In this document: piece after piece, positions 10,238 through 21,387 of the stretch
How positions within the stretch are numbered: the first letter of the stretch is position 1
Layout: each line of letters begins with the position of its first letter
NCBI GenBank assembly: GCA_965228475.1
Contig: OZ245817.1
Location: 2,944,001-3,008,000 of the forward strand
Reading direction: 5' to 3'
From: Myxococcota bacterium
GTDB taxonomy: Bacteria; Myxococcota_A; UBA9160; JAFDDA01
DNA length: 64,000 nucleotides
The notes under the pieces: generated by a model
Told to the model about the DNA's origin: nothing
What the model saw: only the letters and a program-made list of their open reading frames with translations
The model's database searches: none
Position numbers and translations under genes: made by a program

Positions 10238-10522
10238 ATGTCCCGTGTATGCGAACTCACCGGAAAGAAGGTCCACTACGGCCGCAACGTCTCGCACTCG
10301 AACCGGAAGACGAGCCGGACGTTCGAGCCGAACCTTCAGCCGGCCCAGCTCCAGTCGGACGCTCTGGGCCGTTCGCTCCGGCTGCAGGTCTCCACGCGCG
10401 CCCTTCGAACGGTCACCAAGAAGGGCGGCCTGGACCCCTACCTCCTCGCGACCCCGGACGACAAGCTTCCGGAGCGCGCCCTGCGCCTGAAGCGGGAGAT
10501 CCAGAAGAAGCTCCGAAGCTAG
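10238..10522 (+). CDS. rpmB: 50S ribosomal protein L28
   Basis: MSRVCELTGK...GRNVSHSNRKTSRTFEPNLQ...VSTRALRT; GGAGG RBS. Confidence 0.95.
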   Translation: MSRVCELTGKKVHYGRNVSHSNRKTSRTFEPNLQPAQLQSDALGRSLRLQVSTRALRTVTKKGGLDPYLLATPDDKLPERALRLKREIQKKLRS

Positions 10523-10620
10523 GGGCCCAGTCCGGAAGCGACGGCAGCGCTGGGGTGACGCATGCTGCGTCCGCAAGCATTGACGGTGCAGGTATAGTGG
10601 GGCCCCTGACGGAGATCCCC

Positions 10621-13164
10621 ATGCACCGCTTCCTGCTGCGCTCCCCCCGCCTGCCCTCCTTGCTCCTCGCCGCCCTCGTCATCGCTGGGGCCGGCTGCAC
10701 CCCGCGCCCCCGATTCATCGCGCCGACCGACGGCAGCGTGGTCGCCCCGGGCGCGAGTGAGCTGACCTTGGAGATCGCGCTTCCGCCGGGGTTCGATCCG
10801 GGCGTCGGCCGCCTCCGGGTGACGCTGCTGACCGGAATCGACGATCCGCCGGCCTCGCTCGTCGACGTCTCCGACCGCTTCACGATCGACGCGGGCCGGG
10901 CGCACGCCACGCTCGTTCCCGCCGCCGACCTCCGCGAGGGCCGCAGCAGCCTGTTCGCGGCGGTGGATGCGGACGGCGACGGCGAGAGCGACACGGTCGT
11001 CGAGTCGACGATCTCCTACGAACCGGCCATCGACCTCACCGCGGCCGACCGCTGCGATTGGCTCGACCCGAGCGTGTGCCTCTATCCGTTCCCGAACGAC
11101 TTCTTCAGCGTGGCGGACGCCGCGACGGACACCGGCCGCCGCATCGCCTTCCACGAGGCCTCGATGCCCGCGAACCGCAACGGCGCGGGCGTCGACCCCA
11201 CCGAGTGGAACCGCAACGACGGCTTCAGCCCCGGACAGGCCGTGCAGCTCATGGTGCCGGAGATGGCCGTGCTGGCCTCCGGAGACCCCACGGACCCCGC
11301 CGGGCCGCGCCCCGTGCCCCTGCCCGGCACCGCGCCGGAGTGGGACGTGGCCCGCTCGCTCGCGCCGGACGCCCAGGTCGTGCTGGTCGACGCCGCGACC
11401 GGCGAGCGCGTCCCCTACTGGATGGAGCTCTCCGCGCGCACCACGCCGGAAGAGGGCCAGCCGCTGCTGATCCGGCCCGCGGTCAACTTCGCGAGCGGCG
11501 GGCGCTACCTCGTGGCCCTGCGCAATCTGCGGCGCGCGGACGGCTCGGTGATCCCGGCGCCCCGCGCCTTCCGCGTCTACCGCGACGGCGTGCCCACCTT
11601 CCTGCCCGAGGTCGAAGCGCGCCGCCCGCGCATGGAGGCCATCCTCGGCGAACTCGAGGCGCACGGCGTACCGCGCGACGACCTCTACCTCGCCTGGGAC
11701 TTCACGGTGCTCTCGAAGCGCAGCATGGGCGAGCGCATGCTCGCCATCCGCGACGACGCCTTCGCGCGCCTCGGCGAGGCGGCCCCGACCTTCGAAGTCA
11801 CCTCCGTTCAGCAGGCCGACTGGAACCGCGAGCTGCGCGCCCACGAACGCATCCGCGGCACCTTCCGCGTCCCGCTCTACGTCACCAATGGCGGCGAGCC
11901 CGGCGGCCCCGAAGCCGCTACGCGCCTCCACTGCACGGACGAGGAAGGCGCCAGCAAGCCCTTCTGCGAGGGCGACGAGCTGCCCGTCTGGACGGGCGAA
12001 TGGTACGAGGCCGACTTCTTCTGCAACCTGCCGCGCAGCGTGCGCGACGGCGGCGGCCCGGCCCGCATCGCCTTCTACGGCCACGGCCTGCTCGGCAGCG
12101 AGCGGCAGACCGGCGCGAGCTACGTCTCCACCATGGCCAACCGGCACGACATGGTCTTCTGCGGCACGCGCTGGATCGGGATGGGCGAAGACGACCTCGG
12201 CACGGTCGCCTCGATCCTGAACGACTTCTCACGCTTCCCGACGCTTCCGGACCGGTCGCACCAGGGCATCCTGAACTTCCTCTTCCTCGGGCGCCTGATG
12301 CTCCACGCGGACGGCTTCGCGAGCCACCCGGCCTTCCAGGCCTCCGACGGCACCCCGCTCCTCGACCGCAGCGAACTCTTCTACGACGGCAACAGTCAGG
12401 GCGCGATCCTCGGCGGCGCGCTCTCGGCCTTCGCCCAGGACTACACGCGCGCCGTGCTCGGCGTGCCCGGCATGAACTACAGCACCCTGCTCTTCCGCAG
12501 CGTCGACTTCGACCTCTACCTGACGCTCCTCCAGTTCAACTACCTCGAGCAGCAGCTCTACCCGCTCATGTTCGGCCTGGCGCAGATGCTTTGGGATCGC
12601 GGCGAGACCAACGGCCACGCAAACCACCTGACCCACGACCCCTACCCCGGCACGCCGCCGAAGAAGGTGCTGATGCAGGTGGCCTTCGGCGACTTCCAGG
12701 TCTCGGACACCTCCGCCCAGGTCCAGGCGCGCACCCTCGGCGTTCCCATGCATCGGCCGGGATTCGATCCCGCGGCGTTCGCCGACGAGACCCCCGCCGC
12801 CGGCGTGCGCGAGTTCTGGCAGGAGAACCCCTTCTGGGACATCCCGGCCATTCCGCCGAGCGACCCGGGCCCCCTCGCCGGCGTCGACCCGGCCGGCGTG
12901 CTCCCGGGCGCGCCGACCTACCGCTACGACGGCTCGGCCATGATCGTCTTCGACAGCGGCAGCCTGCAATCGACCCAGGCCAACCTCACGCCCGTGGGCG
13001 GCAACCCCGAGCGCTCCCCCTGCGCCATCGACCAGGGCGACGACCCGCACAGCTGCCCGCGCCGCCAGCCCGCCGCGCAGCTCCAGAAGTCCGAGTTCCT
13101 GCGCACGGGAGGGTCCATCCTCGACGTGTGCGCCGGGCAGGCCTGCCTCGCGCCGCTCGAGTGA
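10621..13164 (+). CDS. Large lipoprotein with alpha/beta-hydrolase-like domain
   Basis: Lipobox-like AGAGC; PFPND, DGFSP, GHGLLG, GNSQG nucleophile elbow. Confidence 0.75.
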   Translation: MHRFLLRSPRLPSLLLAALVIAGAGCTPRPRFIAPTDGSVVAPGASELTLEIALPPGFDPGVGRLRVTLLTGIDDPPASLVDVSDRFTIDAGRAHATLVPAADLREGRSSLFAAVDADGDGESDTVVESTISYEPAIDLTAADRCDWLDPSVCLYPFPNDFFSVADAATDTGRRIAFHEASMPANRNGAGVDPTEWNRNDGFSPGQAVQLMVPEMAVLASGDPTDPAGPRPVPLPGTAPEWDVARSLAPDAQVVLVDAATGERVPYWMELSARTTPEEGQPLLIRPAVNFASGGRYLVALRNLRRADGSVIPAPRAFRVYRDGVPTFLPEVEARRPRMEAILGELEAHGVPRDDLYLAWDFTVLSKRSMGERMLAIRDDAFARLGEAAPTFEVTSVQQADWNRELRAHERIRGTFRVPLYVTNGGEPGGPEAATRLHCTDEEGASKPFCEGDELPVWTGEWYEADFFCNLPRSVRDGGGPARIAFYGHGLLGSERQTGASYVSTMANRHDMVFCGTRWIGMGEDDLGTVASILNDFSRFPTLPDRSHQGILNFLFLGRLMLHADGFASHPAFQASDGTPLLDRSELFYDGNSQGAILGGALSAFAQDYTRAVLGVPGMNYSTLLFRSVDFDLYLTLLQFNYLEQQLYPLMFGLAQMLWDRGETNGHANHLTHDPYPGTPPKKVLMQVAFGDFQVSDTSAQVQARTLGVPMHRPGFDPAAFADETPAAGVREFWQENPFWDIPAIPPSDPGPLAGVDPAGVLPGAPTYRYDGSAMIVFDSGSLQSTQANLTPVGGNPERSPCAIDQGDDPHSCPRRQPAAQLQKSEFLRTGGSILDVCAGQACLAPLE

Positions 13165-13222
13165 AGGCGGGCCCGAGGCGGCCACTCGAGACCACGAGGC
13201 GGCGTGAACGCCGACGGAGTCG

Positions 13223-13783
13223 TCAGCCGGCTCCGCGCTTCCGGGCGTGCGGATCCGGCGAGCCGGAAGCCGGCTCGTTCGCTTCGGCCGAGTCCGCCTT
13301 CGCCGGATCGATCGCGCCGGTCTCGAGGATCGGCGCTGCGTCGAGCGCCTCGGCGTCCATCATGCCCGCGAGGCGCTGGAGGATCGAGAGCATCTGCGTC
13401 CGCTCCCACTCCTCGAGCCGCGCCAGCTCCCGCTGGAATCGATCCTGGAGGAGCGAGGGAGCCTCGCGGAGCGTTCGGCCGCCCTGGGGCGTCAGGCTCA
13501 CGAACACGGAGCGGCGATCCTGTTCGCTGCGCTCGCGGCGAACCAGGCCACGCTTCTCGAGGCGCTCGAGGATGCCGCTCACGGTCGGCTGACTCAGGCT
13601 GACGGATCGAGCCAGCGCGCTAATGGATGCGCCACTCAGCCGCCCGACCGCGCGCAACACCACGAGCTGCGGGCCGGTGAGGCCGCAGGCGTCCATCATC
13701 CGCCGCGACTGGAGATCGATGGCGCGAACGATGCGCCGCAGGGCCGAGACGATGTCTTCCTCGATCGGATCCGGCGTCGCCAT
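13223..13783 (-). CDS. MarR-family regulator (EctR-like)
   Basis: LRRIVRAIDLQSR, GLTGPQL, LSQPTVSGILERLE, DRRSV; divergent from the betaine operon. Confidence 0.88.
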   Translation of the reverse strand: MATPDPIEEDIVSALRRIVRAIDLQSRRMMDACGLTGPQLVVLRAVGRLSGASISALARSVSLSQPTVSGILERLEKRGLVRRERSEQDRRSVFVSLTPQGGRTLREAPSLLQDRFQRELARLEEWERTQMLSILQRLAGMMDAEALDAAPILETGAIDPAKADSAEANEPASGSPDPHARKRGAG

Positions 13784-14051
13784 GCTCCTACCTTACCGAA
13801 ACGAGGGCGCCCTTCCGGCGGCGGCCGCGATCGCCGGTTGCGTTCAGCACTATCGATTCCCCCTGGGGGATCCATCTTTTGCGATGAGTCGTTCGGAGTC
13901 AATGAATCGCACAAATATCTGTTTTTCAAAGACTCTATGGCTCTTTTCGACGATATCGGGCGGCGAATCTGCATTGAAGGCAATCCTTTCATGGCATAGC
14001 TTAGGTGCCCGTCGCGACACCCAACGTGCGACGCGAGGGGGCTCGATCGCC

Positions 14052-14877
<826 letters not shown>

Positions 14878-14885
<8 letters not shown>

Positions 14886-15714
14886 CGACGGCAGCTCCGT
14901 TGCCGAGACGACCGAGGCCTACTACGACAGCTCGGAGGCCGACGCGTTCTACGCTGCCATCTGGGGCGGCCACGACATCCACATCGGGATCTACGCGGGA
15001 GAAGACGATTCGGTCCACGAGGCCAGCCGCCGCACCGTGGCGACGATGGCCGATCGCCTGGAGGGCATCGGCGACGGCTCGACCGTCCTCGATCTCGGAT
15101 CCGGCTACGGGGGCTCGGCACGCGCGCTCGCCGAGCGCTTCGGCTGCAGCGTCGCCTGCCTGAACCTCAGCGAGGTCCAGAACGAGCGCAACCGCGCGCT
15201 GTGCCGCACCGCCGGCCTCCAGGAGCGGATCGAGGTGATCCACGGCAGCTTCGAAGCGATCCCCGGTGAGCCGGACCGGTACGACGCCGTCTGGTCCCAG
15301 GACGCCATCCTGCACAGCGGCAATCGCGAGCGCGTGCTCTCCGAGGTCGCCCGCGTCCTCCGGCCCGGCGGCCAGTTCATCTTCACCGACCCGATGCAGA
15401 CCGACGATTGCCCGCCCGACGTGCTTCAGCCGGTACTCGATCGCATCCACCTCGACTCCCTCGCCTCCCCCGGCTTCTACCGCAAGAGCCTCTCGGGGCT
15501 CGGGTTCGAGGAGATCGGCTGGGCCGAGATGCCGGAACAGCTCGGGAGGCACTACGCCACGGTGCGGGCCGAGCTCCTGGCGCGCCGCGAAGAAATGGTG
15601 GCGCGCTGCGGGAGCGACTACGTCACGCGCATGCTCGAGGGGCTCGGCCACTGGGTCGAAGCGGCCGATCGCGGCTACCTGACCTGGGGCATCCACCACT
15701 TCCGCCTCCGATAG
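14878..15714 (+). CDS. Sarcosine/dimethylglycine N-methyltransferase (SDMT)
   Basis: YYDSSEADAFY..IWGGHDIHIG, DLGSGYGG, WSQDAILHSG, FTDPMQ. Confidence 0.92.
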
Positions 15715-15722
15715 ACGCCGCG

Positions 15723-17240
15723 ATGCGGAGCGGGCGCCCGAGAATCGAGCCGGCCGTATTCTTCTCGTCCGCCGCGGTCGTCGTGCTGGTCCTCGGCTTC
15801 GGCGTCGCCGCCCCGGACCTGGCGAAGGCACTCTTCCTCGGCTTGCAGGACGTCGTCGTCTCCCGCCTGGACTGGCTCTTCATCGCGTCGAGCGCGCTGT
15901 TCCTGGCGTTCTCGGCCCTCGTCGCCTGCGCCCCCACCGGAAGGATCCGGCTCGGCCGGGACGACGAGGCCCCGGCCTACGGCTTCGCCTCGTGGTTCGC
16001 GATGCTCTTCAGCGCCGGGATGGGCATCGGCATCATGTTCTACGGCGTCGCCGAGCCCGTCTTGCACTACGCCTCGCCGCCGCGAGGGGACGGCGGAACC
16101 CCCGAAGCCGCCCGCCTGGCGATGACGATCACGTTCTTCCACTGGGGCCTCCACGCCTGGTCGATCTACGTAGTGATGGGCCTCGCCATCGCGTACTTCG
16201 CCCACCGCCGGGGCCTCCCCATGGCCGTGCGCTCGACGCTCGAGCCCCTCCTCGGAGAGCGGATCCACGGCCCGTGGGGCCACGCGGTGGACACGCTCGC
16301 AGTCTTCGGGACGCTCTTCGGCCTCGCGACCTCCCTCGGCCTCGGCTCGATGCAGATCAATGCCGGGCTGGACCGCCTCTTCGACACCGGCGAATCCACC
16401 GCGATCCAGGTCGGACTGATCGCCCTCATCACCGCGTGCGCGACCGCGTCCGTCGTCCTCGGGCTCGACCGTGGAATCCGCCGGCTGTCCGAGCTCAACG
16501 TCTCGCTCGCCATCCTCCTGCTGCTCTTCGTACTGATCGCGGGGCCGACGGGCCGCCTGCTCGAGGCCTACCCGGACCGGCTCTTCGACTACGGCGCCCA
16601 GCTCCTCCCGCTGGCGCTGAGCCTCGATCCGCTCGGCGATCTCGAGTGGAGCAAGTCCTGGACGATCTTCTACTGGGCCTGGTGGATCGCCTGGTCGCCC
16701 TTCGTGGGCACTTTCGTCGCGCGCATCTCACGCGGGCGCACGGTCCGCGAGTTCGTCTTCGGGGTCCTGCTCGTGCCGACTTTGGTGAGCGCGTTCTGGT
16801 TCACCGTGTTCGGGTGGACGGCCATTGCGCTCGACCAGGCCGAGCCCGGGATCGCGGCCGCGGTCCAGGCCAACGTGGCGACCGGGATCTATGCCGTCCT
16901 CGAGAGGCTCCCCCTGGCCGGCGCGACGTCGCTGCTGGCGGCCGGCATCGTCGCGATCTTCTTCGTCACGTCCTCGGACTCGGGCTCTTTCGTCGTCGAC
17001 ATGCTGACCTCGGGCGGACACCCGAGCCCGCCCGTCTGGCAGCGCGTCTTCTGGGCCGTCGGCGAAGGCATCATCGCTGCCGTGCTACTGCTGTCGGGCG
17101 GCCTCGCCGCGCTCCAGTCCGCCGCGATCAACACGGGACTCCCCTTCTGCATCGTCCTTCTTCTCGTCTGCCTGGGACTCGGCCGTGCGCTGTGGAGGGA
17201 GGCGCGCTCGCCTCGGCCCCCCGCGAGAGAAACGCCCTAG
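15723..17240 (+). CDS. BCCT-family betaine/choline/carnitine transporter
   Basis: SWFAMLFSAGMGIG, FFHWGLHAW, WTIFYWAWWIAWSPFVGTFVARISRGRT. Confidence 0.95.
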   Translation: MRSGRPRIEPAVFFSSAAVVVLVLGFGVAAPDLAKALFLGLQDVVVSRLDWLFIASSALFLAFSALVACAPTGRIRLGRDDEAPAYGFASWFAMLFSAGMGIGIMFYGVAEPVLHYASPPRGDGGTPEAARLAMTITFFHWGLHAWSIYVVMGLAIAYFAHRRGLPMAVRSTLEPLLGERIHGPWGHAVDTLAVFGTLFGLATSLGLGSMQINAGLDRLFDTGESTAIQVGLIALITACATASVVLGLDRGIRRLSELNVSLAILLLLFVLIAGPTGRLLEAYPDRLFDYGAQLLPLALSLDPLGDLEWSKSWTIFYWAWWIAWSPFVGTFVARISRGRTVREFVFGVLLVPTLVSAFWFTVFGWTAIALDQAEPGIAAAVQANVATGIYAVLERLPLAGATSLLAAGIVAIFFVTSSDSGSFVVDMLTSGGHPSPPVWQRVFWAVGEGIIAAVLLLSGGLAALQSAAINTGLPFCIVLLLVCLGLGRALWREARSPRPPARETP

Positions 17241-17701
17241 TCGAGGCGGAACCGGAGCTCGAGGGTGATCCAGGACGCAACCGGGCGCCCCCCGCGTCGG
17301 GCCGGCTCGAAGCGCGCCTGGCGAAGCGAATCCCGCACCGCGGCCGTGAAGGCGTCGTCGCTGCTCGATTGGAGCTCCGCCCCGCCGACGGAGCCGTCGG
17401 CCAGGACGATCACGCGGGCCTCGACCTCCCCTTCCCGGCCCATGGCCCGAAGCTCCGGCGGATAGGCTGGCTCGATGGGCGCCAGGGGCCGCGCGGGCAG
17501 ATCCACCTCGTCCTCGGTGAAGTAGCGCGGGCCCGCGTCCTCCTGGACGTCGGATGGACCGGATGCAGCGGGGACGGTGGTGACCGGCGCCGGAGGCGGA
17601 GGCGAAGGCGCGCAACCCGAGACCGCCACGCAGAGGACGGCAAGCGCCCGTGCCGCTTGCCATTGCCCTCTAGAACGCGACGCGCACCCAGCCTCGAACA
17701 T
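17237..17701 (-). CDS. TonB C-terminal domain protein (probable lipoprotein)
   Basis: PAYPPELRAMGREGEV..FEPARRGGRPV..RFRL; lipobox-like VSGC; start uncertain. Confidence 0.8.
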   Translation of the reverse strand: MFEAGCASRSRGQWQAARALAVLCVAVSGCAPSPPPPAPVTTVPAASGPSDVQEDAGPRYFTEDEVDLPARPLAPIEPAYPPELRAMGREGEVEARVIVLADGSVGGAELQSSSDDAFTAAVRDSLRQARFEPARRGGRPVASWITLELRFRLD

Positions 17702-19778
17702 TGCGACCGTTCCCCGGCGTGAAGTGGAAGTCCTCGAAGCCCGCCCCGCCCCCGGCCGCGGGACACGCTGCCACCCGGCCGACCTCGCCCGGCGCGCAGG
17801 ACTCGTAGAAGAACTCCGAGCTCCGCCAGTCCGTATCCGTCAGGTTCTCGAGCGCCAGGCCCAACTCGAAGGGGCCGTATCGATAGCGCATGCCGAGGTC
17901 GAGCACCGTGTAGTCCGAGAGCCGCGGGCTGCGGGAGGCATCGCTGGCGTAGCGCTCGCCCAGGTGGCGCACGGAGAGCTCCGCCGCGAAGCCGCCCTCG
18001 CGCACGCCGAGGGCGCCCTTGGCGACGAAGCGCGGGGACTGGGGCACCGGATCGTCGCCGGAGGTGGAGCGCGCCGAGGTGTAGGCCACGTCCCCGCGCA
18101 GGTAGAGCCATTCCGTCAGGTCGGCCTGGGCGACGAACTCGATGCCGAGGCGCTTGGTCTTCCCGCCCGACTCGGTCGTGCCCTCGTCGCCCACGAAGAC
18201 GAGCTCGTCCTCGAGCTCGAGCCAGAAGCCGTCGATGGCCACCTCGAGCCGCTCGAAGAAGCGCGTGCGCAGCCCGACCTCGGCGCCCGTGGCCCGGGCG
18301 AGGATCTGCCGATCGGCCACGACGGTCCGCGCGTCGTTCGAGTGGAAGCCCTTGCCGAAGTTCAGGAAGAGCTCGAGACCGCGCAGCCAGGAGGCCTCGA
18401 CCGGAACCGGCCCCGAGGCCGAGAACGGCGAGAGGACGAGGTTCGCCTTGGGAAGCCATAGGTGGTCGTCGCCGTCTCCATCGGGCCCACCCGGGATGCG
18501 GTTGTGGACGTCGTAGTCGAAGTACGCCACGCGAAGCCCGCCCACGAAGCGGACCCACGGGAGCGGCAGCAGCTCGGCTTCCAGGTACGGGCCGATCGAG
18601 AGCTCCTCCACGTCGTCGTCGTTCGTGAACCCGGTCGTCCGCCGGCGCGTCTGGGTGCCCAGGCGCACGCGGGCGTCGTCGTAGCGCCACTCGGCCCCCG
18701 CGCGCAGCCGCGTCGGGAGGGACACGTCGAGAACGTGTTCGTACTCGACCCGCCCGCCGGCGTAGAGGCGATCGTCTCGCTGGACGATGCCGTCGCCACG
18801 GGCCGGGTCGTTCAACGCGTAGGTGAAGTTCGAGAAGAGCTCGAGCTCGTAGTCCGCCACGTAGACGTTCGCCACGAGGTGGCCGCGCTCGCTCGGCTGC
18901 CAGTCGAGCTGGAGCTTGCCCTGGAGGCGATGCGTGTCGCCACCCTCGGTCGGGTCGAGCGAACCGAAGCGGGAGAGGCGCCCGTCGTCGACCAGGCGCT
19001 CCGGGATGAGCCCCGAAGCGTCCCAATCCGCCATGTAGCCGAGGACGTGGCCCGAGAGCCGAAGGCCCGGGCGCAGGTCCACCCCGCCGCGGGCGAAGAG
19101 CGAGTAGCGCCAGAGGTCCTCGTCGTCCCGGAAGGGACCGTCCGTGTGGTAGGCCTCGAAGGAGACCAGGGCGTCGGCGCGCGGATCTTCGCCCGCGAAG
19201 GGCCCGAAGCGCGGCGAGGCCACGGCCACGGCGCGCCAGGTATCGAACTCGCCCGCCTCGACCCGCACGAGCGATTCCTCCACCGATTCGTAGGGGACGT
19301 ACTCGATGGCCGCCGCCGTCGCGAAGTCGCCGAAGCGGGCAAAGTACGGCCCCTTGTATGCGTCGAGGCGCTCGATCGCCTCCTTCGTCACGAAGTGGAG
19401 GTCGAGGAAGCCCTGGCCGTGGGCGTGACTGCGCAGGTTGATGGGCACGCCGTCGAAGTAGACCGCGAGGTCCGTGCCGTGATCCGCGTCGAACCCGCGG
19501 ATGAAGTACTGCTCGGCCTTTCCGCCGCCCGTGTGCTGGGCGGTGATCGCGTTGGGCACGGCCTCGATCATCTGCCCGCCGCTCTCGAGCGGGCGAAGCT
19601 CGAAGTCCTCGGCGGGCACCGTGAGCGTCGAGGACGCGGTCACGGGTTTGCGCTCGGTCACGGTGAACTGATAGGTGGAGCCGCCCGGATCCGGTGCGGT
19701 TGGATCGGCGGCATGGGCGCAGGGCACCCACAGTGTGAGAATGCAGCACAGGATCCACGCGCGACGTCCGAATTCCAT
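17670..19778 (-). CDS. TonB-dependent receptor
   Basis: Signal peptide, plug QHTGGGKAEQYFIRGFDADHGTD, ENLTD, C-terminal Phe. Confidence 0.93.
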   Translation of the reverse strand: MEFGRRAWILCCILTLWVPCAHAADPTAPDPGGSTYQFTVTERKPVTASSTLTVPAEDFELRPLESGGQMIEAVPNAITAQHTGGGKAEQYFIRGFDADHGTDLAVYFDGVPINLRSHAHGQGFLDLHFVTKEAIERLDAYKGPYFARFGDFATAAAIEYVPYESVEESLVRVEAGEFDTWRAVAVASPRFGPFAGEDPRADALVSFEAYHTDGPFRDDEDLWRYSLFARGGVDLRPGLRLSGHVLGYMADWDASGLIPERLVDDGRLSRFGSLDPTEGGDTHRLQGKLQLDWQPSERGHLVANVYVADYELELFSNFTYALNDPARGDGIVQRDDRLYAGGRVEYEHVLDVSLPTRLRAGAEWRYDDARVRLGTQTRRRTTGFTNDDDVEELSIGPYLEAELLPLPWVRFVGGLRVAYFDYDVHNRIPGGPDGDGDDHLWLPKANLVLSPFSASGPVPVEASWLRGLELFLNFGKGFHSNDARTVVADRQILARATGAEVGLRTRFFERLEVAIDGFWLELEDELVFVGDEGTTESGGKTKRLGIEFVAQADLTEWLYLRGDVAYTSARSTSGDDPVPQSPRFVAKGALGVREGGFAAELSVRHLGERYASDASRSPRLSDYTVLDLGMRYRYGPFELGLALENLTDTDWRSSEFFYESCAPGEVGRVAACPAAGGGAGFEDFHFTPGNGRNVRGWVRVAF

Positions 19779-19853
19779 GGAGTCGCACCCTACGGCCTCG
19801 GCACAAGACCGACCATGGATCGGTTTTCCGGTTCCTCAGTGCGCTCCGAGCCC

Positions 19854-20858
19854 TCAGTGGACTCCCAGAAGCAGCCCGAGGGCGTGCTCCGTGGCGTGGT
19901 GAAGGGGCTCCGCCAGGAGGATGCAGACCCCGAGCACGCCGCATGCCACCCACCCCGCCGCGGGCCGCCGATCGGCGACGGGCTCGGCGAGCAGACCGCG
20001 TACGCGGGCCGGGACCGAGCTTCCCCCGAAGGCCAGCAGCGGGCTCCCGAGCAACGAGTTCCGGCGAGGCGCCGAGGCGACGAGACGTTCCGCAGCGAGA
20101 ATCGCCTCGGCCACGACGAGGCGGTCTCCGACCTCCTGCCCGGCCTGCTCATCGCAGGCCCGCTCCATCGAGAGCTCCAGCTCGGCCAGGATCGATCGGC
20201 GGACCCAGGGGAGATGGGGCCAGGAGAGCACGCGCGCGGCGAGGGTCTTCAAGCCGTCCCGGCTTCGCACGTGAGCCCGCTCATGTGAGACGACCGCCGT
20301 GAGATGCGTGGGCGCCAGCGCCTCGGCCAGAGCGGTCGAGAGGAAGATCCCGCTCCGCCCGAGGCCGGCCGTCAGCGAGAAGGCCCGGTCCGATTCGACG
20401 AGGTAGACGCCCGGCTCCGTGCACCGTGACGCTGCGCTGCGAAGCCGCGCCAGCGATCGGCGCCCGCTTGCCACGCGAACGACGATCTGGACGAGCGCCG
20501 CACCCAGCAGCGTGGCCGCGAAGGCCGCGACCCCCTGCAACACCACCGCCGTCGGGAGCATCGCGGAGGGGTGGACGAGGCAGAGATGGGGGTGGGACGG
20601 ATGTTCGAGACAGTGATCCCCGTGGAGCCCGAGCCAGACCAGGACGCCCGGAGCCAGGCACAGCCCGACCCCGACGAGAGGTGCGATGGCCGGAGCGACC
20701 GCCGCCCCGAACGCAAAGCGAGCCCGCGCGGCCGGGTGCCGGCGGCTGGCTCCTCGTTGCAAGAGCGGCCAGAAGGCCCCCACCAGGAGGGACGTCCCCG
20801 CCGCGAAGGCGATCGCGGCCGCGGCGGACAGCGCCAGGGTCCCGAACACGGCACTCAC
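19854..20858 (-). CDS. M56 (BlaR1/MecR1-like) membrane metallopeptidase
   Basis: HERAH zinc motif, ERACDE, TM segments; GTGA overlap with the BlaI-like gene. Confidence 0.85.
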   Translation of the reverse strand: MSAVFGTLALSAAAAIAFAAGTSLLVGAFWPLLQRGASRRHPAARARFAFGAAVAPAIAPLVGVGLCLAPGVLVWLGLHGDHCLEHPSHPHLCLVHPSAMLPTAVVLQGVAAFAATLLGAALVQIVVRVASGRRSLARLRSAASRCTEPGVYLVESDRAFSLTAGLGRSGIFLSTALAEALAPTHLTAVVSHERAHVRSRDGLKTLAARVLSWPHLPWVRRSILAELELSMERACDEQAGQEVGDRLVVAEAILAAERLVASAPRRNSLLGSPLLAFGGSSVPARVRGLLAEPVADRRPAAGWVACGVLGVCILLAEPLHHATEHALGLLLGVH

Positions 20859-21259
20859 GAAGGGTCCTCCTCCCGGCGGGTGCGACGGGCCTGGACGAGC
20901 CGCTCCAGTTCCTCGAGCTGCTCGGTGCCGGCGCGCTCGGCCAGGTCGACGAAGGCCGAGAGCAGCAGGTCCGGCGCGCGCTGCGGAACGTCCCCCAGGA
21001 CCGCCTCGAGCGTGCGGAACACCCACTCCTGCTGCGAGACCCGCGCCCGGTAGACGTAGGCCCGGCCCACCTTCTCCCGCTCGGCCAGCCCCTTGCGATG
21101 GAGGCGGTCGAGCGTCGATTGGATCGTGTTCGGCTGGACCCCGCGCAGCTCGCCGACGGCGCGCTGCATGGCCTTCACGTCGGCCGGCCCGTGCGACCAG
21201 AGGCGGCCGAGGACGGCACGCTCCAGATCTCCGAGCTGCGGCAACCCGCGACGACGCAT
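20855..21259 (-). CDS. BlaI/MecI/CopY-family repressor
   Basis: LGDLERAVLGRLW, NTIQSTLDRLHRKGL, GRAYVY. Confidence 0.9.
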   Translation of the reverse strand: MRRRGLPQLGDLERAVLGRLWSHGPADVKAMQRAVGELRGVQPNTIQSTLDRLHRKGLAEREKVGRAYVYRARVSQQEWVFRTLEAVLGDVPQRAPDLLLSAFVDLAERAGTEQLEELERLVQARRTRREEDPS

Positions 21260-21387
21260 GTTCGGCCCCCACCCTTCGAGACGGCCCGAGAGTAACCGGC
21301 ACGCCCCCGGAAGGGCCACCGCATCGTAAAATGGGGCGGAGGCTCCCATCCAGGCACTCACCCACTCCGGAGAGAAAGGCCACCGAC

